NCBI GenBank assembly: GCA_973895155.1
Contig: OZ316895.1
Span: 8,048,184 to 8,112,183 of the forward strand
Direction of reading: 5' to 3'
Source: Marsupella aquatica
Lineage: Eukaryota; Plantae; Marchantiophyta
DNA: 64,000 nucleotides
The notes under the pieces are model-generated. The model was not told where the DNA came from, did no database searches, and saw only the letters and a list, made by a program, of their open reading frames with translations. This document shows, piece by piece, positions 11,360 to 23,704 of this stretch (the stretch's first letter is position 1; each line of letters begins with the position of its first letter). A program made the translations under genes and the position numbers.

Positions 11360-13714
11360 CTCATGGTCAATTTCAAATGCAATCTCATTCCAGAAGATAT
11401 TTGTCATACCAAAGTTTTATTAAAGATGGATTGTGAATGGTTTTTTGACCTGGTTTTGTTGACAGTGATGATGCCTTTTCATTCAGTTCAGTGTAGTGAA
11501 GATCTCGATTTTTGAGTTTGTGAATATTTAAGTATCTGCATTTTCGTTTTCCGTAACTGTTTCACAATATATATCGACAATCTTACTTGGGAATGCGCCT
11601 TAACTACCCTGAAGTTACGCACAAACTTGCCTCGCTAGCATGCTGTCCTCGCTAGCAAAACTCCTGTTTGCTCGCACAATAGAATACCTCCAATTGATGG
11701 CCAGCACAACAACATCTAGAGTTGACTTACGTATTATAGATCCCATCTGTCTGGGTCAACAATTTAAAACGTTGGAGCCCATTTTACTGAACAGCTAAAA
11801 CTCTCTCTAAGTGCACTCACTTTTGGGAAGACACTAATAACTAAGAGCATAGAGACACTAATCAACGGGATGCACTTATGGAGTGTGCACTTATAAAGCA
11901 AACTGTATCTCGCTCTTATGAAGGAGCAGCTGGGGCAATTATACTTAGTGTCTGGAACATATTAAACCTGAGAATTATAACCATGAACCTCACTCCCCTA
12001 ATTAAATTACAATTATAATGAACACTTGATTAATTTGAACCCAGTATTGGAGCAACTTACGAGTAAGACTGCCACAAGTCATATGAGTCAGATGGGTTGA
12101 TGTGTTCCAATAATAATTGAACACACACCATGAGAGTATGCCAAATTAGTTCATGGACCCCTTGGCTAATTGATAGCATGGTTATCACAAGGAGTAGTCC
12201 AAATCAGGTTTTTTCGCTACATGCTACCAAATTCTCAAGCTATAAGAGTCAGAATTCAATGTGTGACAAATTCATTTGCAATTAGATGAATGTCTGATAT
12301 GAATTGTATCAGGTCGTTCAATGTTCAAGTTCGGACCATGGCTAGCAGTTTCCCTTGATTGCATTGGGCCGGAAAACTTACTCCAGGTGTCAATTACCCT
12401 GTAACAAGTAAGTTATCAAGTTAGTTACTAGCCATTATTTATTATATGAAACATACTTTTTATAAATCTTTGAATTGAAGTTTTAAAATTGAAAATGTAA
12501 CTAAAACGGTTACATAGTGATAGTTTTAACCGTCTTGCTCTTTGCATTTCTAATTATTTTACATTTCTTTTTACGGCATGGTGTCCCAAAATTTACACCC
12601 AAATTGACGCAAACACGAAAAAAAACTGTAAGTTTGATTCACAAAACCGACAAGTCTTGTTTGTTGCGGTTGTTGTTGACGTGACACACTCTGGTGCCAG
12701 GAATTCTGGAAGGGACTTCTAGTGGGGTCCGTAATTAAAGATACCCAATCCCCTTTCCCATTATTAATATAGTCACCCTGTATCTTGCAAAGAGTATCTT
12801 GCAAAGAGGACAGTATTCCCTTAATCCCATATATAATAAGCAAGCATTCACCCTATGTAGACAATCTTAAACTATAATACAAGGTTGCGCTTTTTTATGA
12901 AGTGTTAGTCATTCAAATTTGCAGTGTCCAAAAAATATTAATCATGTCAAAGAGAAAGAATAAAGATTATATTAAATTTAGTGTGCACCAAAAAAAGTAA
13001 TGAATGCATTCCAAACAAGAGGGGAATCAAATGAGAGACACAAAAGGAGGGAGCCAATGGGGCACACAAAACAAGAGAGGGAATGTACATGCATGAGTAT
13101 CAAGGAGGTTCCTAACCCATACACATGGAATACAAAAATACATAATATATATGATATTATGTATTATTGTAAGTATTACAATATTGCAAAATATAATAAT
13201 AATAGTGATTTAATTAAAATAGGTTAATTAAACACAATAGGTTAGATGACAAGGACAATGTCAAAAGCTATAATACAATTTTATTTTTTTATAGTAGTCA
13301 TTCAAATTTGCAATATCCCAAAAATGAAAAACATGAAAGAATGATTTCCTTTGTGAATGAAAATGGAGAGCAATGTTTCCAAGCAAAAAATGAATTGAAT
13401 AGTACAAAGAAAATAAGGAGGGTCTTTAGCAATGCAAGAGCATCAACGAGACCTCCCTTTACCACTATAATCCTGATCCTGTTTCTTTACAAAGTAACTA
13501 AAAAAAGTGACAATCAATCTTGAATGTTCATTAAAACATAATTTTCTCCACAGTGTAACATCTATCTAAAAATAAGTTCCTGCCCAAGCTACCCTTTAAC
13601 TTTCCCATACCTGCCACAATGAAAAAATTTAATCAAAATTTAATTAAATTTATTCATATATAAACAATTCTAATTTTTTTGAAATAATTTCCAATATAAA
13701 TAAAATAGAGATAA

Positions 13715-14915
13715 AATATTTTCTCATCTTGACATCTTTCCTTCATATTAAGATCTTCTCACCTCAAGATCTTTGCTCATCTTGACATATTTTTCTCACC
13801 TTGAGATCTTTTCTCACCTCGACATATATTATATTTGTCTCATTTTGCCATATTTTTCTCACCTGATCATTTTTATCTCACCACAACATCTTTGTTCACC
13901 CTCAACATTTTTTTCATCCTGTCATCTTTTTCTCATCTCGCCATCTTTTCTCTCCTTGACATATTTTTCTCACCTCAGAATGTTCTTCTCTAATATGACA
14001 TCTTTTTCTCACCTTACCATCTTTTCTCTCCTTAACATATTTTCTCAGCTCAAAATATTTTTCTCTTATCGACATCGTTTCTCACCTTGATATATTTTCT
14101 CACCTCAACATGCATCATTTGTGCAATGCACAGGTATCAGGCCCGAGATGTACTTAACGACATCTTTTACTTCACAACATCTTTGAGTAATGACATACTT
14201 TATCTATTGACCATTTTGTACTTATTAATAACAGCATCTTAATATTTAACGACATTTTTGGCATAACGACATCATTGCCGACATGATATCTACTTACTTG
14301 ACACAATTTTTTACTTGATGACCTTTTGGGCAACATGCCATCTTTGGCAAAAATGACTTCTTTTCTTAACAACATATTTTTATTTCATGACATCTTTCAC
14401 ATAAGAACATCATTCTTGGGAAACACAACATATAATTCTCTTAAGAGCATTTTGGGCACCACAACACTTTCCTCTTAGCAACATCTTGGGGGACACTACA
14501 TCTTGGACGCCACAACATCTGTTTTCTTAACAATATCTTGGGCGCCATGATACCTTTATTTTAATGACACTTTGGGCGACACAACATCTTTTTTCTTAAC
14601 GACGTTTTTTGTGCAATGCACAGGTATTTTTCCTCAACAATGTCTTGGTTGACACGACATATTTTCCCTCAATGATGTCTTTTCTGAGACAATATCTTTT
14701 TTTCAACAACATCTTGGCCGACATGACAACTTTTTTTTCAACGACCTCTTGGCCAACACGACATCTTTTTTTCTCAACGATTTCTTTTCTCTCAACGACC
14801 TCTTGGCCAACAAGACATCTTTTCTCTCAACGACCTCTTGGCCAACACGACATCTTTTTTTCTCAGCGACATCTTAGCCGACACGACTTCTTTTGTGCAA
14901 CGCACAGGTATTGAG
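13715..14915 (+). repeat. Degenerate AT-rich ~20-bp tandem array (TTTTCTCACC..GACATC / ACGACATCTT) punctuated by TTGTGCAAyGCACAGGTA
   Basis: Many imperfect units. The punctuating motif occurs at ~14118, ~14608 and ~14893. Confidence 0.7.
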
Positions 14916-15204
14916 CTAGTAGAGCTTATAATGTTAGGTTGACCGACCACCAAACGAGAAGCCTATTCAAATTTTGCAAACAATGGTGATACAAAATAAA
15001 GTTTTTTGTCAAAATCAACTTTTTTGAAAATAATTGAAAAATGGATCAATGTTCGCATTACGACCATTGATGTTTTTGGAGCTAAACTAATGATCAAGAG
15101 ATTAAATATCTGGATGTCATCTTTAGTGAGAGATTAGAGACTAGAATCCTCATATTTGGAAAAACAAATTGTGTCAGATAAATTTTTGCAATGATTTCCC
15201 GACT

Positions 15205-15318
15205 CAAGATTTTGACAAAAATTTAAAATTTTATGATGAAAGCAAGATTTTGACGAAAATTTAAAATTTTATGATGAAAGCAAGATTTTGACGAAAATTT
15301 AAAATTTTATGATGAAAG
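15205..15318 (+). repeat. 38-bp tandem repeat x3
   Basis: CAAGATTTTGACrAAAATTTAAAATTTTATGATGAAAG at 15205, 15243 and 15281. Confidence 0.95.
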
Positions 15319-17759
15319 AAAGTACACTCAACTTTTAACATGCCAAAAGTGCTACAATGTAGGAATCGGTTAGAGCAACTCCCTCAAATGTTGTTTGACT
15401 GCATATTGAAAGTAACGATACTAATTTATTAATTTAAATTCACGCAAAACTCCAAATTTGATTACCATGTCAACCCAAGGTTTAGGGAGCTACCACGTAA
15501 CTGCATAGTTAAGCCCACAATCATTTACTTTAACTCAGAACTGGTTAAGCTAACTAAGATGCATCGATTGTACCGCCTCAAGTATGGACCAGCATTTTTG
15601 CACTGTTAAAACCAGCAATCCAAATCCCAATCATGATCCATGGATCATGGGTTGCTGCCCATACACAAAACTAACCGTTGAAACCATGATCCATTTTTAA
15701 ACCCATAAAATAATGATAGGAATTGCATCCGTCCAATCCTCAAAAATTGCTTAAAAAAAATTCTCATCTCTAAATCCTTGAGGGGAAGTACAATCATGAT
15801 TTGTAGATCAAAACTCTTGCGGCCACAATAAAACTGTCCTAGGATTCTTATTGGGTTAGCTTGACCATAGTTCGTATCTTTTTGGAATATGCTCTATTGG
15901 CTACGCCATGCTTTCCTTGGAAGTCTACTTGTTAAGGAATGTGAAATATGATACTCTGTATCATATTTTGGATTGAATCAATAGAAATCGATGATAAAAA
16001 GTGTCGTATGTTTTCATCTTATGACATGCACTAGTCCAAACCTGAGATGTTCAGTTTTTTTGCTTCAAAATGTTTGATTTTGTAGGAAATTTTGATTTGT
16101 ATCACATTGTGTTTTACACTTAGAAAAATTTGGGGTGGCCCAAACGAGAAGCCTGTCACACTTCTCGTTTCGTCCGTCATTGTGTTTTATTATATATGTC
16201 TACAAGTCTATGATCAATGTACCTATGTCAAGGGCAAAATGAGAAAAGGATTGTGGAAGGGAGGAGAAGAGAAAGAAATGAAAACAAAGGATTTTGAAAT
16301 AACAAAGAACAGATAATGAGGTCTGAAATAAATTCAAAAATGATGGAATAACAAAGAAGGCAGCCCTCATAGGCCAACATTAAAATGAAAATAATAACCA
16401 AATAAAAATGGCCAGGAGACTAAAAATATGGCGAGAAATAGGGATGCGCCATATAGGAGCATCAAATATAGCTCATATTGAATTGTGTTGTAGTTGATGG
16501 ATGTGAAATCATGATGGTGCTAGTTGTGGATTAGCATGTGATATATAGCTCAGAGAGTCCACTCTAGTACTCTAGTTTCAACATCAATAGGAGCATCATT
16601 ATTTAAATAGAGGCTGTCTAAGGGTGATCACATAGACATACCATCCAATTAGTGTCGTTTCAAGCCTTATCTATGGACTTATCATAGAACTTGTGCTTGT
16701 CCAAAGATAAGGCTTTCACAAATCCACTCCATGTGCTATCTAAGTTGAAATAATATTTTTCCTCGCACCAGCAATTTTTCTTTTGTACTTCGTGAGGAAG
16801 CTGAATTGGCAAATACCTCACAGGTCTAGTAGGGTTAATATGTGGGACCCATCTGATATCTATCTTTCAATATTCATAAATACTTTCATGGAAAGCCAAT
16901 ATGTCTTTCTTGGTCTTAAATAAGAGAAGCCAAATCCAACTGCAACGTGCTAGAGGCAAACTTTGGCAGACTTGACTTGTTTTCTCCTCTAAGTTTTCTT
17001 TGCATCTTTTCCCAATAGTTAATGGAGAAAAGATTTTGGCCAAAATTTGCCAACTTAAAAAACCTGGCCTTAAAAGTGTATGCCACTATCTTCCTTGAGC
17101 CTTGCATTTTGCTGGAATTTACTGATATCATTCATAAAAAGTACCCTAACATTAGAAAGAGTAACCTTTGGTATAGAAACCAAGCCTTGCATCAAGAGTC
17201 AACCCAAAAGAGAAAAAAAAGACATTAATACAAAAGATACCTTCAACTCAAGTTATGTTCTTTGTGTTGAGTATAGATAACATACATAACTGCAAGCCCA
17301 TGAAACATACAATACACAAGTAATCAACACAAAAGTGGGAAGGTGAGCCAGGCCTGTGCACAACGGAGTTGCCAAGGATTATGACTTGGGGATTAAAGTG
17401 TATATTTTGGGATATCACGTGTGATCCTAGCCTAATATAAATAGACCTATTTTATAAAAAACAATTTCCAAAAATATTCTTCATTTCCAATATTAATAAT
17501 TTATTTTATTTTATAAAAGGTTTATATTAGAGAATATTTTATAAACATGAGTTTGTAATATTTTCTTTTTCCTTTTATGTTTTTAAAAATTTTAGTTAAT
17601 TTTTATCAAAAATACTTATTTTGGATTGCATGTGATTCTTAAAATTTTTGATAATCAAACCTCCAAGGATTAAGAGGGGTTTGGGGGCACATCTAACGGC
17701 CAGGAAATAATAGGTCATCAGCAAATGGCCAGTATTTATTCAAAATGTTTTGTTAACAA

Positions 17760-18025
17760 TCAAGGTGAGAAAAGAAGATATGTAGAGAAAAGAAGACAAG
17801 GTGAGAAAAAGATGTAAAGATCAGAAACATATGTAGAGAAAAAAAATGTTGAGGGTGATGGAAAGATATTGCAGTGAGATAAAGATGTCAAAATGAGCAA
17901 AAAATAAAATGAGTAAAAGTTGTCAAGGAGAAAAATGATATCAAAGTTGAGAAAAAAAGGTCATGATGACATAAAAATGTCAATGTGAAAAAAAATGAAG
18001 AGATCAGAAAAACATGTCAAAGGTA
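17760..18025 (-). repeat. Inverted copy of the 13.7-14.1 kb degenerate array
   Basis: AAGGTGAGAAAA..GATGT units are the reverse complement of the TTTTCTCACC units. Confidence 0.55.
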
Positions 18026-18640
18026 AGGTAAAGTAAAGTGGTTGGGGTGGTGTTTAATAACTTATGTGTTGCTCGTGAAATTTACAGATGTGAGATAATG
18101 ACAAAAGTTAGAGACAAGAGATAATGACCATAGCATCTAATCAACCCATGTTTATTCTTTTACCCAACTTTTTAGAGCCTCCCTAGACAGAGGGCAACCC
18201 AAGACGGGCAGGAATAGTCTTCAAAGTGTATTAAAACAACCCCTTAACTACTTGTTAAGAATAATAATATTGATTCAATGCATTTGATTGATCATTTGAC
18301 AATGGTGCATAATGGTCACATGTCACCAATGTTTGGAGAGATGAATAAGATCGGATGTTGATAATTGATAATGTAACAAATGGCTCTTGAAAATTATCCA
18401 TTGGACTTTTTGCATTTAGACTTTTTTTTATAGACGAATCAATTTGATAATACAGATCAACTCGGAGACCTTACAATGAAAATGGCTACTTGGTAAGATA
18501 CCCTCTACTTGCACAAAGTCCTCATCGCTGTGAAATTCTCCTTGAAGGATTGTCGTAGGTGCAGGTTAGACAGTCCAGCTGCGACTGCCAAATGTGGTAC
18601 TGCGTTTATGTGGAAGACTATAGGAGACCATTCGAACAAG

Positions 18641-18752
18641 CAACACAAGCGATTCACAAACTAAACATGATCCTCTTCCAAGACTGAAGTAATGTGCAAC
18701 ACAAGCGATTCACAAACTAAACATGATCCTGTTCCAAGACTGAAGTAATGTG
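18641..18752 (+). repeat. ~57-bp direct tandem duplication
   Basis: CAACACAAGCGATTCACAAACTAAACATGATCCT.TTCCAAGACTGAAGTAATGTG occurs twice. Confidence 0.9.
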
Positions 18753-19210
18753 AGTATTCCTTTGTATGAACCCTCAAAATAGTTTGACAATCCTCATTGT
18801 GAATACATCATCCTGTGCATGCTGCCTTGCATTCAACTACGAGATTTTCCTGCAAGGCCAAGAACAAAGACATGCATGAGCTTATCATGGCATCATGCCT
18901 AGAGCATCTTTCTAACTTATTGATCATCAAAGACAACCTTTTGTGTATGCCGTAATGGTCAAACCTACTGCATATCTACATTTTCGGTGAAAACCACGCT
19001 TAGGACCCTTGATCCCAATTTGACAAATACATTCGACCAGTGATAGATGATTGAAGGACCTGATGTAGAAGAATGCCGGAGTAGAAATAGCACATGAAAC
19101 GATTCCTCAATGAAGTTACCAATCCAACAGCAGGAAAAGCAAGCATGCCATACGGGTAGACAACCTAAGAAAGCTCCCGGGGAGAAGTCATATCAGGCAA
19201 GATTCGAACC

Positions 19211-20614
19211 TCACTTCTTCTGATTCCGATGCCAATCCCTGATTCTCTTATTCCAACCCGAAATGATGATCAGTGCCACCATACGGAGAAGTCCCATGAA
19301 GAAGATCTCAATCAAAGCAAGTGGAAGAGATGACTGAGGAGACATGCCAGCAGTTGCAGCATTCAACATCATGCCCTCAAAGCCACAGCTGATGTTGAAA
19401 TGCCCCGCTTTGATACCTTTGATTGCTGCCTTGGCCACATCTAAAGGGTCCATACCTTTGGACCTCTCAGCGAGCTTAGCAGTCAGTTCTGGCTTGGTCT
19501 TGTTTTCTGTCGGAGACAATTCCGAAGCTAGTATTAGACTCGCTAAAAACAAGTGTGCCATCAATCAAAGCCTATTGAAACCGTCATAACTACACAAACA
19601 AGAAGTCAAAAACCCACCAGCCACTTGAAAACATAACCTCCGATGATTCATATGGAAGTGAGCATAAAATTCAGCAGGGAGAGAGTCCTCTTCTTATTAC
19701 CTTCGATGAATCCTGGAGTTTCCGTATCAGGAGGATATATCACTGACACTCGAATATTGTAGGGCAGTAACTCCTGCTGTAGTGATTCAGCAAGATAGCG
19801 AAGACCTCCCTTGGACGCAGAATATGAAGCATTGCCATATATTGAGACCTGGCCCAGCCTCAGTGAAACAATAGATTTTATTCTTTCTTAGAAACAGTGT
19901 CTTTCCCCTCAATGAAAATCATGGATATCCAATGATCCAATTTACCAGTACTCAAGTGAGACCAGTATGTTCATTGATGGGAAGTAAAGTTATGACCAGG
20001 AAGCAGAATTATGAAAAAGGAGACCATTTAAATACCTGGGCAGCTTGAGTGCTGAAGATGGCGATACAACCAGGGTTTGTTGACGGCCTATCTTTGTTGA
20101 TATGAGGGAGAACAGCTTTGATTGTATGAAGGTTGCCCTTCAGATTCGTGTCCAGCATATGATACATAGCTTCAAGAGATGTGTCCTGAAAAGTGTCAGG
20201 CACACTAACACCATGGCAGCAGATAAGAATATCTAGGGGCCCTGATTCTGCAACAGCTTCATTCACAGCCTTCTCAATGCTCTCGTAAGACTTCACATCC
20301 GCACTGAAGAAGTTCACCTGCGGCAGTTCCTCCTCTTTGAATTCTCCTTTCATTCGTTTACTCTTGTAGTAATCAAGGATAGCAGTGCGAGCTGATTTGA
20401 GCTTCTCGGTATCCCGCGCAACGATAGAAATTTTTGCGTCCTCTAAAGCAGCTAGCTGAGCTACGCACAAGCCGATCCCACTCGATCCTCCAGTGATGAC
20501 CACATGGCGAGACTTCAGGGATATTGAAGTTGGCCGAGGGGAAATTACAAACCAGATTAGGGTTACAAACGCAGGAGCTATTAACACCAAGGCCCAAAGC
20601 GCCCACAAAGCCAT
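19211..20614 (-). CDS. TSC10: 3-ketodihydrosphingosine (3-dehydrosphinganine) reductase, SDR family; 3 exons (20614-20036, 19848-19701, 19506-19211), ~340 aa
   Basis: N-terminal TM segment, ITGGSSGIG Rossmann motif, YSASK catalytic motif, YPPDTETPGF..EN, C-terminal hydrophobic segment. GT-AG sites join in frame. Confidence 0.92.
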
Positions 20615-21630
20615 TGTCTCAAACTCTCCTTAAGTGATTGTCAGCTCTATCAAATTTGTATCAAAGCCGATTGCAGGAGAATGGTATCTCTCAGTGCAGA
20701 CTCCCAGCAACATCCAAGGAGGAAGTATTCAGCTACTGTATGGATCTAGCACAGATACTCAATAGTCGCTCTTTCCCTAATATTTTTTACCTTCATTCTG
20801 TCTCAGCTGAGATTGAGTTCATGTAAATGCACGGTGCTAAGCTAATTGCTGCACGATTTGTTCGACCAGTGAAGGTACACGGGAAAAAAAACGACGAGCA
20901 GAAGTCGCACGATAAAAACTTCTGGCAAGTCAGCTGAGTACGGGATTATGAGACAACAGTTCTTAGGGTTTAGCTCTTACGAACTCCTTTTAGACTACTT
21001 CCACAACTTCGAGGTTTTTTTCTCATATTTTCTTCTGAATGTTCCATTCTTTATTAAATGATCGTTGTAAAGTTCTTGCCTCCAACAAATCTGACAATCC
21101 AAGGGTTCATCATCTTGATAAAACGGAAATGGAGAAGCTACCGAGGTGATGGAGAAGCTACTGAAGTGGAATTACTTGAGTACAAGCCTCCTCCAAGTGC
21201 TCTACTACTACCCACGACTGCACAAGAACAGTTACATAGATGATGCCCACAGCGGATCAAGCTCCTGATCGAGACTCACATCACTTGTGGTCTGGCTTAC
21301 CCTAATTTCAAGTCCTTTCTGCAGAGTAGCATTTGCAACCTAGGCAGTACCCAACCCCGAAATGTTTGTTCACCGAGTAATCAAAACCCCAGGGAGCAAA
21401 ATTATGTTGTGGTTTCTGGCGCCTTCCGGAATGATTATAATTAGTGACAAGAGCTTTTTACTAAACGCCCCCTCCCCCCAAATTACTCTAGATTAGCTCC
21501 ATTCTCATGTGAAATATGTAAGGGGTTTAGGGTGCAATATATGTTTCTTAGTTGAAGGTACTAGCCCCGACTACCCGTTCTTTGAACGCGGGGAGTACAA
21601 TAAAAATGTCACCAAAATATATTCATTACT

Positions 21631-21972
21631 TGTTAGATATTGCTCTAGTCTTGTGATTCATGAGCTAACCATAGTTAGTCTAACTTGGGTTAGGACTTGT
21701 TAAAGTTAGCGATAGTGTTGTTATGTATATAGCCAGGGCTAATGCCAGACTCTGGTGGAACTTAGGTTCATTGTTACGGAACTAGTTGAGAGATAGGAGA
21801 GCTTGTGCTGTGGATGTTTGGTAGGGCCGGTCGGCCTAGAGTACAGTAAAACTCTTGTGTGTTCCCGTGGACGTAGCCTCATGTGGAAGTGAACCACGTA
21901 TCTCTCTGTGTCGACTCTTGTGCGTTGGATGGTTCATGGGCTTGCCATTACGAATGTCGTCTATGCTCAACA
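21631..21972 (+). mobile_element. Solo LTR (Copia-like), 342 bp
   Basis: TGTT...AACA ends, imperfect 5-bp TSD (TTACT/TTATT), internal GTGGACGTAG..GTGAACCACGTA motif. Homologous to 29545-29889 in the opposite orientation. Confidence 0.85.
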
Positions 21973-22989
21973 TTATTCATATGTTTTGAAAGTTAATGAA
22001 ATGATAAAAAAATTATCATATATATCATCATTTTAATAATCATACATAACATATCATAGTACTCTTTTCTATGCACATCACACTTTCAGTTTTTTTATCC
22101 CACATCCCACTTATGCACATATAATATGGTGGGGCCATAGAGATCAGTTTTTAATATAAATAGAAATCATAACAAAAAGCAATTATGATTAACATTTGAC
22201 ATGACATACATGGTAGACATTAGTTTTCTCATCCACATGATGAGCCATGGAATTACTGTCTAGAGGCTTCACTCTAGAAGCCTAGGCCTCAACTCTAGCT
22301 TGTAGTTGGAGATTTATTAGTATGATGGTTTCCATAAAATGAATGCATTACCTACTTCCTAAACAAAATTAGTTATCAATTCCGTCCCCCATTTAGTCCT
22401 CGGGTCAATATCAACTTGTATAGGGGTTCCTGTTGCCATGTGGCAACTCAGTATTGGCTAGCCTTGACCTGCCTTTCTGAGGTTGGAAAGCTCTTTCCGA
22501 CCTCTCCCCGGGGCCATGCTTTGTGGCCTTGTGGTTTTTGCTTTTCTTGGGTGGTTCTCCCATTTGCAATATAGCCTTATTTATAAAAAATTAAAAAGAG
22601 ATGTCCTTTGAAGCCACTTTCTCCATAAACAATATATTGCCTCACAGATCAAATGATAACAAATGTCAATTTGTTTTGTTTTGGCATGGAATGCAGGGCT
22701 CTATACCACTTATGAGAAACTAGGCTCAGACAATGCAGCATATAAGCAGAACATGAAAGTGCACTCAATCACACGCTAGACGTCAAGGCATCATAATGCC
22801 AAAACTCTTGAAAGAACTATAGAGAAAGTACATGTGCATAATGAATAAATGTATTTCCTCCAACCTATACCTCCAAGTGGATCTAGATGTGTTTGCCTAA
22901 ATAAATGGATACTAAACTAATCAACAAAATATATGTCTATATTCTAGGGTCAAAAGTTAGGATAAGTGCCTATGGTCTAGAGTGAGGTC

Positions 22990-23215
22990 TTTAGACCACG
23001 ACCTTGGGGGTCCATCTATGTTTGGGGTGGTACCGGTCCCGCTCACTCATAGTCCCACCAGTTATCTAAAGGGCAGAATGCCCCTACTAGTCCCTCCACT
23101 ACACCCCCGAGTCACACAAACATAATGACAAATACCCTAGAGGGGGCATTGAACCCCGAACCTCCGGGTTCCATGCCAATCCCTGGCCAACTGACCCAAG
23201 CAACTAGCCAGTTGC
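22990..23215 (-). mobile_element. Putative tRNA-derived SINE (head at ~23205-23140)
   Basis: The minus strand reads A-box-like TGGGTCAGTTGG then B-box-like GGTTCAATGCC at tRNA-like spacing, but forms no clean cloverleaf. The 3' boundary is a guess. Confidence 0.45.
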
Positions 23216-23704
23216 TTTCTTTTTCTGTGGAGACGATTGGCCTCTTCTTCGAGTCTTGTCATAATCGCATACTTGACGAAAGCGCTCTACAAGCTGCATT
23301 GCTCTTCCTCACATTTGCTCGATCATTTACTCGATCAGGCTTTCGCCCATTGTCCAAGATTGCCCCCTGCAGCAGCTCCTGTGGCAGGAGCGGATCCAGA
23401 AAGGTCATCAGCGCGTAATCTCTCGACTGCGGGGAGCGGAAAGTAATCGCTTCGGAGTTGCCTGCCTCACACATTGGCCTCCACTCTCATAACTGCAGAA
23501 ACGCCCCTCCCTCCCTCCCTCCCTCCCGAGGGACACCTGCACCAGACTCCAAGCTTCCAGCGGGCGTGCCATCGACATGCGCTCGCCGGCCTTCAAGAGA
23601 GCTCATGCGCCGACATCTGCCACCCCCACTCGGGTTACAAGCAGAGGTGACCCTGCTCGAATCACAGTCGACGGCCTGCTGCGTCGAGCTCATTGAAGGC
23701 AAGG

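Larger units (their letters stand above)
1..11670. mobile_element. Large Sola-like DNA transposon, left end outside the window and right end uncertain
   Basis: Transposase pseudogene, divergent accessory gene and internal palindromic arrays. The candidate right terminus at ~11600-11670 carries two CCTCGCTAGC motifs resembling the internal palindrome arm. Confidence 0.55.

Noticed and set aside
16700-17280. Possible hAT dimerisation or LINE remnant (FWPKFANLKNLALKV)
   Set aside because: Too short and degenerate, and the diagnostic downstream ERxFS motif was not found.
22420-22600. Possible 5'-truncated LINE 3' end with an A-rich tail
   Set aside because: No TSD or coding remnant could be identified.
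23140-23210. Functional tRNA gene
   Set aside because: A- and B-box-like motifs are present, but the acceptor and anticodon stems do not pair, so it was treated as SINE-like.
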